NCBI GenBank assembly: GCA_963845755.1
Contig: CAWJTV010000029.1
Location: 288,001-352,000, forward strand
Source: an uncultured Planctomycetota bacterium
GTDB lineage: Bacteria > Planctomycetota > Planctomycetia > Isosphaerales > Isosphaeraceae
Length of the DNA stretch: 64,000 nt
Reading direction: 5' to 3'
Of the stretch, positions 55,199-64,000 are shown one piece after another. Each line of letters begins with the position of its first letter. Within the stretch, counting starts at the first letter, position 1. The translations under genes were made by a program, and so were the position numbers. The notes beneath the pieces were generated by a model. The model searched no databases. It worked only from the letters and a program-made list of their open reading frames with translations, and had not been told where the DNA came from.

Positions 55199-55433
55199 GA
55201 TTGGTTTCGATGAGCCGACGCCCTCAACACCTCCTGGTCGGATCCTCGGAATCCTGATGGTATCGTCACTAGACCCTTGCCAACAAGCCGGAAAGCCGCC
55301 AGCCTGAGAATCACTTGCGGTGTCCGCACTCAGTCGATCGATCGCGCCGGAAGGAGCTTCCCCATGCCGCGTCTCCCCGCATTCCTCGTTGGCTGCCGCG
55401 AGCACCTCACCCATGGGTTGCAGACGACCTCCC

Positions 55434-55666
55434 GCGGCCCAGCGGGCCGCCGGAGCCCAGCGCGGGGTGAAACCCCGGGCGCGATCGCCCCACCCTTTCG
55501 CTGCACCCTGAAGGGGTGCGGGAGGGCGCTCCTGCGGCCCTTCAGGCCGCTGGACGGGATGGCGTCCGCCGGGTTCCCGGGGTTTCACCCCGGGCTGGGC
55601 TCCTGCGGCCCTTCGGGCCACCGCAATCGCCTCCTAACTCGTTCCCACGCCCCGCGTGGGAACGAG
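55434..55666. repeat. REP/BIME-like cluster
   Basis: CCCAGCGCGGGGTGAAACCCCGGG ... GCACCCTGAAGGGGTGC ... CCCGGGGTTTCACCCCGGGCTGGG, then CTCGTTCCCACGCCCCGCGTGGGAACGAG. Confidence 0.85.
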
Positions 55667-55715
55667 GGGAAAACAGACACCTCGGGCTGGTATCGGGGCG
55701 GTTCGAGCGTGTCCT

Positions 55716-58700
55716 GTGGGTAACCCGAACGTTAGGCGTTCTTGGACTGCTGCTCGCCCTGGTGCTGGGCTCGCCCGCCATCGCCGCCCCACCCGACGGC
55801 AACCGCCTCGCCTATCTCGACGAGGTGAATCCCTATTACCCACACCGCGACTTCCCCAAGCTGATCACCCCCCAGTGGGCGGGCGAGCCGGGGGTCGAGG
55901 CGGTCGTGGTGCTGGCGATCGACGACATGCGCGACCCCGCGCGCTATCGAGCGCGTTCTGCGGCCGATCCTCGACCGGCTCAAAAAGATCGACGGGCGAG
56001 CGCCGGTGAGCATCATGACGAACCAGGTCAAGCCGGACGATCCGAAGCTCCAGGCGTGGCTCAAGGAAGGGTTGTCGATCGAGTGTCATACGTTGACACA
56101 CCCCTGCCCTCTGCTGGCGAAGGGAGACTTCGCCGAGGCGGCCCGTACCTACCATGAGTGCGTCAACTTGATGAGCAAGATCCCCGGCAACATGCCGGTC
56201 GCTTTTCGGATGCCGTGCTGCGACTCGATCAACAGCGTGAGCCCCCGCTTCTTCGCCGAGATCTTCAACAAGACCAGTCCCGGCGGGAAGTTCCTCTCGA
56301 TCGATTCGTCGGTCTTCACGGTGCTCACGCCGGATGATCCCAGCCTGCCTCGCGAGCTGGTCTTCGACAAGGATGGCAAGGAGCGGTTCCGCAAGTACAT
56401 CCCGTTCCCGTCGTTCGTCAACACGATCGAGAACTACCCATATCCCTACGTCATCGGCCGGATGTGCTGGGAGTTCCCCTGCATCGTCCCCGACGACTGG
56501 GTCGGGCAGAACCTCAACAAGCCGAACAATCCCCAGACGCTCGAGGACATGAAGGCCGCGCTCGACTGCGTCGTCCTCAAGCGGGGGGTCTTCAACCTCG
56601 TCTTCCACCCGCATGGCTGGATCAAGCCTGACCAAGTGGTTGAGCTGATCGATCATGCCGTGGCGAAGCACGGTAAGAAGGTGAAGTTCCTGACGTTCAA
56701 AGAGGCGATTGAGCGGCTGAACAAGAACCTGCTGCTCAATCAGCCTCTGCGTGCCGAAAACGGTAAGGACCAAGGCGGCGCGACGTTGCTCGATACAAAC
56801 GGCGATGGTTATCTCGACATCGTCAATAATGACAATCAGGGCGTTCACACCCGGAACTGGGTGCGGGCTGAAGGTGTCTGGAAGGAAACCTCCACGATCC
56901 CGGGATTGCCGGGACGTGGCGAGAAGAATGCCATTCTCTTTCTGCCGATGGACAATGGGACCGTCAACGTCACCTATCTGAGGGCCCACCCGCTCCTCGT
57001 AAGAACACGCCTGATCGACATCGACGGTGATGGCTTCGCCGAACTCATCACGCCTGGATTCGAGTCCAGCATCACACCAGGAGTGGCGCTGAGCCCGGTG
57101 CCTGCATTGCTTCATGAGCCTCCCCGTCCTGTTACCTTCGCACCACCATTCGGACTACCATCGGGCGCCCGGCTCCTCGACGACAAGGCCCGTGACGCCG
57201 GTCTCCGATTCGTCAACCTGGATGAAGACGGCCAACTGGACGTTGTGTTTTCGAACGATCGGGAATACGGCGTCTACCTCTTCGAATCGAAGAAAACAGG
57301 CTGGACTCGGAAAGTCATGGCCGGCAAGGCCGGCGAGTCTGGCGCCTTGCCGAAGATCGCCCGCGACGGCACCAACAACGGCTTCTTCGTCCATTCGCGA
57401 CACCTCTGGTGGCAGAACGAAGACACCGCCAAGCTGCCGGATCTCGTCGATCGCCGCTCATTCAACGACCTACTGAAAAACGTCGAGCCTCGGGGCAAGA
57501 ATCCCGCGGCGGCCCTCAAGTCGATTCGGGTCGAACCTGGATTCCAGGTTGAGCCGGTCGCGATCGAGCCATTAGTCAAGGACCCGATCGCCTTCGAATG
57601 GGGCGCCGACGGCAAGCTCTGGGTCGTCGAGATGGGGGATTACCCGCTCGGTATCGATGGCAAGGGGAAACACGGCGGAGTGGTCCGATATCTGGAAGAC
57701 ACCAATGGCGACGGCCGGTACGACAAGCAGACGACCTTCCTGGAAGGACTCGGTTTTCCGACCGGCGTGATGCCCTGGCGAAAGGGAATCCTCGTCTCCT
57801 GTGCCCCCGAGATCTTCTATGCCGAGGACCGCGACGGTGACGGCAAGGCCGATCATAAGGAAGTGCTCTTCACGGGGTTCGTTGAAGGGAATCAGCAGCA
57901 TCGGCTCAACGGCTTCGAGCTGGGCCTGGACGGCTGGATCTACGGGGCCAATGGCGACAGCGGCGGCACGGTCCGGTCGCACAAGACCGGCAAGGTGACG
58001 CGGATCAGCGGGCGCGACTTTCGCTTCCGGCCGGATACCGGGGAGTTCGAGGCCGAGAGCGGCCAGACGCAGTACGGCCGACATCGTGACGACTGGGGCC
58101 GCTGGTTCGGCAACAACAATCCCAACTGGGGATGGCATTTCGTTCTCTCCGACCAGGACCTCAGGCGTAACCCGCATTATGCCGCCCCCGACCCGAAGCA
58201 CACGCTCGAGGCCCAGACCCGCTGCTATCCCGTCAGCCGCACGGTCGCCCGGTTCAACGACCTGTATGCGGCCAACCACGTGACCTCGGCCAATAGCCCG
58301 ACTCCTTATCGCGACGAGCTGTTCGGCCCGTGGTTTGCCACGAGCCTGTTCGTCAGCGAGCCCGTCCATAACCTGGTGCACCGGATGGTGCTCGAACCGG
58401 ATGGTGTGACCTTCCGCGGGCGTCGTGGCCCCAACGAGTCTGGCCGCGAGTTCCTGGCCTCCAGCGACAACTGGTTCCGTCCGACGATGCTCAAGACCGG
58501 CCCGGACGGTGCGCTCTGGGTCGCCGATATGTATCGCCAGACCATCGAACATCCCGAGTGGATTCCCGACGACTGGGAGAAGCGCCTGGACCTTCGCGCC
58601 GGTAGCGAAGAAGGGCGGATCTATCGCGTCTACCCCGTGGACACGAAGCCTCGCCCCATCCCCCGCCTGGATGGCCTCGATACATCGGGCCTGGTCGCCG

Positions 58701-60311
58701 CGATGGACAGCCCCAGCGGCTGGCAGCGCGATACGGCCCAGCGATTGCTCCTGCATCGTGGTGGCTCGGAAGCATTCGCGATGCTTCGTGCCCTGGTGAA
58801 GAACACGACTCGCCCCAAGACGCGGGTCCAGGCGATCTGGACGCTCGCCGATCTGGGCGGGCTCGATGAACCCACCGCACTGGCCGGCCTGACGGATCCC
58901 GAGCCCCTGGTCCGGGAGAGCGTGATCGCGACGGTCAAGCCGCTGATGAAGCGCTCGGAGAAGGTGGCGGAGGGTGTTGTGCGACTTATCGGCGATCCCC
59001 AACCGCGCGTCCGGTTCCAGGTCGCACTGGCGATGGGCGAGTGGGACGACCATCGCGCGGGTGAGGCGCTCGCCCGGCTGGCGCGACGGGACGGGAACGA
59101 CTCGTGGATGTGCGCGGCGATCCTGAGCTCGTCGGTACCGCACGTGCCGACGCTCCTGGCCGAGTTGCTGGGCCGCGACGAGGCCGGAACACCGCCGCCC
59201 GAGGCGATAGTCGAACCGTTACTGGAAGTCGCCGGCGCCATGCCGGGCAGCGGCTTGAACGAGGCCGTCGCCCGTACGATTGGCAAGCCCGCCGGGACGG
59301 CGGAGCGGTATGCGCCCTGGCAGTTCGCCGCGATGGCGGGCCTGCTCGGGGCTCGCGAGCGGTCGAAGAGGCCGTTGTCGCTCGATCTGGACAAGCCGTT
59401 CGCAGGGTTGTGGGCGGCTGCACGCGGGCTCGTCAAGGACGATCAGGCCCCCGCGGCTGAGCGACTCGCCGCCGTGGGCCTGCTGGGCCATGCCGCCGCG
59501 CGGAATCCCGACGATCGCGACCTGCTCGTCCGGACCCTCCGGCCTCAAGTGCCGCTCGAGCTCCAGCAAGCGGCCGTGACCGCCCTGGGTCGGACCACGG
59601 ACGCGAAGGTGCCCGACCTCCTGGTCCACGACTGGAAGAAGCATTCCCCGCAGGTTCGCGGTGCGATCCTCGATGCCCTGATCAGTCGTCGGGCCTGGAC
59701 CGGTCCTCTCCTCTCGTCGCTCGAGGACGGCTGCGTGCCGCCGGCCGAGATCGATTCGGCCCGCCGTCAGCGGCTCCTCACCGTCCGCGATCGCGAGCTG
59801 CGCGCCTGCGCCGAGGCGGTCTTCGCCCACCAGGCCAGGCCTGCGCGAAGCGGTCGTCAACGCCTACCGATCGGCCCTCGGCATGAAGGGCAATCGAGCG
59901 GCGGGCGCGACGGTCTTCCAGAAGGTGTGCGCGTCGTGCCACCGGATGAACGGTACGGGGGTCGAGGTCGGCGCGGATCTGAATACGCTCAACGACAAGG
60001 CGCCCGAGTCGCTGCTCATCGCCATCCTCGATCCCAACCGCGCGTTCGAAGCCAAGTACGCGGCATTCACCGTCGCGACGACCGACGGCCGCGTCTCCAA
60101 CGGCTTGATCGCCAGCGAATCGGCCACGGCTGTGACCCTCCGACGTCAGGACGGCAAGGTTGATGTGATCCTCCGCTCCGACATCGATGAAATGGTCGCC
60201 TCAGGCCAGTCCTTGATGCCCGAAGGGCTCGAGAAAGACCTGACACCCCGTGACCTGGCCGACCTGATCGCGTATCTCGTGTCGAGTCCGGCGGAGCGTC
60301 ATGCCGAGTAA
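55716..60311 (+). CDS. PVC-type heme-binding membrane dehydrogenase with N-terminal polysaccharide-deacetylase-like and FG-GAP-like regions (start approximate; frameshifts ~55950, ~59845)
   Basis: IDD, HTLTHP, FRMP (NodB-like); DxDGDG repeats; EPLVKDP, VVEMGDYP, WFRP, GPDGALWVADMYR; HEAT repeats; CASCH, SLMPEGLE. Confidence 0.85.
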
Positions 60312-60357
60312 TTCCGCCGGCTTGCCGGACCAACCGTTTTCTTTCGAGTCATCGTCC

Positions 60358-61770
60358 ATGCCCAAATCCACTGATATCCTGCCCGTCGCCGTCGAGCTGT
60401 ATTTCCTGCCGATCAAGACCCGGATGCCGCTGAAGTTCGGTCCGGAGATCACCACGGAGGTCACGTGTGCGCGCGTCAAGATGACGGTCGAGGACCGATC
60501 GGGCCGCCGCGCCGAGGGTTGGGGTGAGACGCCGCTATCGGTCCAGTGGGTCTGGCCGAGTCCGCTGAGCTACGACGAACGGCATGAGGCGTTGAAAAAG
60601 TTGTCTCTCGAGATCGCGGAAGCCTGGGTCTCATTGCCGGGTTCGCCCGGGCACCCCATGGAAGTCGGGAATCAATTCCTCGAGATGGAGCTGCCCCACC
60701 TGGCGAGCACGTTCAATCGATCCCGGCGGGGGGGGGTGGAAGCGGTCCCCTGGCTGGCCGCCCTCGTCTGCAACTCGCCCTTCGACCTGGCGTTTCACGA
60801 CGCGTATGGCGTGCTCCACGACGTGCCGACTTATGAGACGTACAACGCTCAGTATATGAACCTCGACCTCTCCCATTTCCTCCGGCCCGCACCAGGAAAG
60901 GCTGTCACCTTCGATGGTCGATATCCGGAGGAATTCCTGGTCCGTCCCCGCCAGGAGTCGATCCCGGCCTGGCACCTGATCGGCGGCAAGGACCCGGTCG
61001 ACGCGGGGGACCTGACCGGATCGGAACCCGACGACGGCTATCCGGTGTTAGTGCGCGACTGGATCCGCCGCGACGGCCTGAAGTGCCTCAAGGTGAAGCT
61101 TCGCGGCGACGACGACGACTGGGACTACGACCGCCTGCTCAAGGTCGGCCGGATTGCCGTCGAAGAACGTGTGGACTGGCTCACGGCCGATTTCAATTGC
61201 ACGGTCAACGAGCCTGCTTATGTCAATGCGATCCTCGATCGGCTGATCGCCGAACATCCCCGGCTCTACGGGATGCTGCTCTACGTGGAACAACCGTTCC
61301 CGTACGACCTCGAAGAGCATCGGATCGACGTGCACAGCGTCTCGGCGCGGAAGCCCCTGTTCATGGACGAGAGCGCCCACGACTGGCGATTCATCCGGCT
61401 CGGCCGCGAGCTGGGCTGGTCCGGCGTGGCCCTCAAGACCTGCAAGACCCAGACCGGCGCGCTGCTGAGCCTCTGCTGGGCCAAGGCCCATGGCATGACG
61501 CTCATGGTCCAGGACCTGTCCAATCCCATGCTCGCCCAGGTCTCGCACGTCCTCCTGGCGGCTCACGCCGGAACCATCATGGGCGTCGAATCCAACGGCA
61601 TGCAGTTCTACCCGGCGGCTTCGCTCCCCGAAGAAGCCGTTCATCCTGGCCTCTTCCGCCGACGGGACGGGAAACTCGATCTATCTTCGGTCCGAGGACC
61701 CGGGTTTGGGTATCGGGTCGATGAGATCGAACGGGCCTTGCCGGCGCCCGCGTTTTCCAGGTCCCTGTAG
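60358..61770 (+). CDS. Enolase superfamily (mandelate racemase / muconate lactonizing) enzyme
   Basis: LKVKLRG, DFNC, YVEQP, MDES, LKTCK, GPGFGY. Confidence 0.88.
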   Translation: MPKSTDILPVAVELYFLPIKTRMPLKFGPEITTEVTCARVKMTVEDRSGRRAEGWGETPLSVQWVWPSPLSYDERHEALKKLSLEIAEAWVSLPGSPGHPMEVGNQFLEMELPHLASTFNRSRRGGVEAVPWLAALVCNSPFDLAFHDAYGVLHDVPTYETYNAQYMNLDLSHFLRPAPGKAVTFDGRYPEEFLVRPRQESIPAWHLIGGKDPVDAGDLTGSEPDDGYPVLVRDWIRRDGLKCLKVKLRGDDDDWDYDRLLKVGRIAVEERVDWLTADFNCTVNEPAYVNAILDRLIAEHPRLYGMLLYVEQPFPYDLEEHRIDVHSVSARKPLFMDESAHDWRFIRLGRELGWSGVALKTCKTQTGALLSLCWAKAHGMTLMVQDLSNPMLAQVSHVLLAAHAGTIMGVESNGMQFYPAASLPEEAVHPGLFRRRDGKLDLSSVRGPGFGYRVDEIERALPAPAFSRSL

Positions 61771-61824
61771 ATTAGCCTTTCCAGCGTCACTGTCTTCCTC
61801 CACGAAAAACGGCTCCGCCTCCTC

Positions 61825-61873
61825 TTGACTCCTCAGACGCGTTGTCTTAGACTGTCATCAGACAGGTTGTCTT
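61825..61873 (+). promoter_or_regulatory. Sigma-70 promoter with two operator-like repeats
   Basis: TTGACT-17bp-TAGACT; TCAGACGCGTTGTCTT (61833) and TCAGACAGGTTGTCTT (61858). Confidence 0.8.
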
Positions 61874-61888
61874 GGAGAGAGGATTGAC

Positions 61889-62280
61889 ATGAGCCAGCGC
61901 AATCAGGACGTGACCGAGGCTGAGCTGGCGCTGTTGCAGCGCTCTGGGATTCGGGTCCGGCGACGATCCGGCAACTGGTCGAGCGGGTGTACCAGCAAGG
62001 CGGCACATCGGTCTATGCCACGGTCCAGAAGCTGCTCGATCGCCTCGAATCGAAGGGGTGTGTGAGCCGCGACCGGACCGCCACGGTGCACGTCTTCCAG
62101 GCGTCGATCGACCGCGACGAGCTGATCGGCCGGCGCCTGCGGGCGGTCGCCGACTCGCTCTGCGGCGGCTCGCTCTCTCCGCTGTTGACCCATTTGGTGC
62201 AGGGGAAGGAACTCTCCGAAGAGGAGCGCCGCGAGCTCCGTACGCTCATCGATCAGCTCGATCGCAAGGGACGAAGGTAA
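61889..62280 (+). CDS. BlaI/MecI/CopY family repressor (frameshift ~61940)
   Basis: DVTEAELALL..LWDSGPATIRQL, YATVQKLLDRLESKG, LRTLID. Confidence 0.9.
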
Positions 62281-62332
62281 GGCACACAGGTCCATCGGAA
62301 CGACTTCGCGTCAGAACGAAAGGGGTGCGGTC

Positions 62333-64000
62333 GTGGAGACGCTCTTCCATGCCGGGTTGAGCAACGCGGTGTCGGCGACCGTACTCGCGGTGGTGGTGGC
62401 CTGCCTGGCTCGTCCACTGGCGCGGCGGCCCGCGGTCTTGCACTGGCTCTGGTTGCTGGTGCTGCTGAAACTCGTCACGCCGCCCTTGTACGAAGTGGCG
62501 CTGCCGCGTCCCGCCTCCTGGATGGCGGATCGGGAGCCTGCCCCGGCCGTCGCGCTTTCGCTGGCCGAGGTCGAGGCTCCCGTGGAGGAGTGGGTCATCG
62601 AGTCGGATCCGGATACCGCTTTCGAGCGATCCCGAGTGGTTCTGGCCCCGGACGACACATCCGCGAAGGATGTGCCTGCGATCGATTGGCTCCGGCTGGT
62701 GATGATGATCTGGCTTGGCGGAACCTCGGTGGTGTTGCTGGTCTCATTCCGGCGCGTTCGCCGGTTCCAGCGTCTGCTCGGCGAGGCTCGACTGGTCTCG
62801 GAGGACCTCCAGGGCTGGGTGAGCGAGCTGGCGAGCCGGATCGGACTGCGGCAGGGGCCGGTCGTCGAATGGATCCGTGCCAAGCTCTCGCCGATGATCT
62901 GGTCGCTGGGCCGGCGTCCCCGACTGATCCTGCCGCGAGACCTCTGGAAGACGCTCGATGAACCCCAGCGGTTGACCCTGGTCGTCCACGAGCTGGCCCA
63001 CCTGCGGCGCGGCGATCATTTCGTCCGGTTCTTCGAGCTGTTCGTGACGGCGCTCTTCTGGTGGCATCCCGTGGTCTGGTGGGTGCGACATGCGCTTCGG
63101 GACGCGGAGGAACAATGTTGCGATGCCTGGGTGGTCTGGGCGTTCCCCGACGCCGCCCGATCCTACGCCGAGACGCTGCTGGAAACGATCGACTTTCTCA
63201 ACCATTCCCAAGGGACCGAGCCGCTGCTCGCCAGCGAGTTCGGCAAGGTTCATCATTTGCGAAGGAGATTGACCATGATCCTGAGTGGAACGACGCCCCG
63301 GTTGCTGGGCGTCCGAAGTGGGCTGGGATTGCTTGGCCTGGCCGTGATGCTGTTGCCCGTCAATGCGACGTGGGCGCAGAAGTCCGATAAGCCAGAACGA
63401 GTCGAAGTGGTGGTGAAGACCATCACTGACGCCCCAGGCGAGGGCGACGTCGCCTCGGGAAGGGTCGTCCTGGATACCGACGACTCGAGCGATGTCGTCG
63501 TGACCGGCTCGACGGAGGAGGCGGTCGCCCAACTCAAGAAACAGATCGCGGAGATCGTGCATAAATCCCCGCCTCTGAACAGGACGAGAAGCGAGTGAAA
63601 GCCCTGGAGGAAGCGATCCAGGAGATCGCCAAGCTCACCGCCCAGTTCAAGATCGAGACGCGTCTGGCCAGGCCCCAAGAGGACAAAGCCGAGAAGAAAT
63701 TCATGATCGTGCGGGACTCCGAGGATTCCCCGAGGAAGCCCTTGAGCGACGAGCAGAAAGCGGCGGCCGAGAAGCTGCGGGCCAGGGTCAAGAAACTGGC
63801 TGCCGAGCTCGAGGCAAAATCCAAGGAGCTGGCGGAAACCAAGGCCAAACTGGCCAAGATCGAGGGTACCCACCATGGTACTGCGATGGTTATCCTTCGA
63901 TCCGGACAACCCGATATCGTCAAGCATGTCGTCAACGCGGATGTCCAGTTTGTTGATCTGCATCGCGAACCGATCAAGACCATGGTGACGACGCTCCATC
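62333..64000 (+). CDS. M56 (BlaR1/MecR1-like) metallopeptidase, runs off window (frameshift ~63575)
   Basis: LWLLVLLKLVTPP, HELAH, WWHP, EQCCD, LRRRL; coiled-coil tail continues in the next frame. Confidence 0.9.

Noticed and set aside
278..63999. Numerous long antisense or overlapping ORFs in the track
   Set aside because: Shadow ORFs expected at high GC; they overlap well-supported genes and lack motifs

Overview
GC-rich bacterial DNA, almost certainly a planctomycete (probably Isosphaeraceae-like). The evidence is DUF1559, DUF1501, DUF1549/1553-cytochrome and PVC heme-protein genes, an ECF-kinase pair and the PVC small basic signature protein. At least a dozen genes are split by single-base indels, which looks like uncorrected long-read error, so most apparent pseudogenes and fusions are suspect. 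Left part: bioF-bioD/bioA, then a selB-containing minus-strand cluster. Next is a ~12.5 kb minus-strand sulfur-acquisition-like locus: yezD/DUF2292, an internally deleted DUF1559 gene, DUF1553 cytochrome, DUF1501, pseudo-receiver, DUF1559, lipoprotein and sbp-cysT-cysW-cysA. It faces a divergent sigma-54 activator and is followed by an unannotated OprO/P porin remnant. The rest holds ZIP, PCD, a sedolisin / secreted protein / ECF sigma / Ser-Thr kinase module, M23, PARG, three choice-of-anchor-E-like surface proteins, an orphan DUF4157 effector-like gene and a complete ISKra4-like element (19-bp IRs, 9-bp target duplication). It ends with M28, Maf, a deacetylase-dehydrogenase-cytochrome c fusion plus enolase-family gene, and BlaI/M56. 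The best candidate for an undescribed system is the sulfur locus. It has two sigma-54 (-24/-12) promoters, each followed on the + strand at the same 73-bp offset by a triple array of a CCGTCA-N4-TGACGG-type site spaced 21-22 bp apart. This suggests one enhancer-binding protein co-regulates planctomycete-specific DUF1559/DUF1553/DUF1501 modules together with sulfate uptake.
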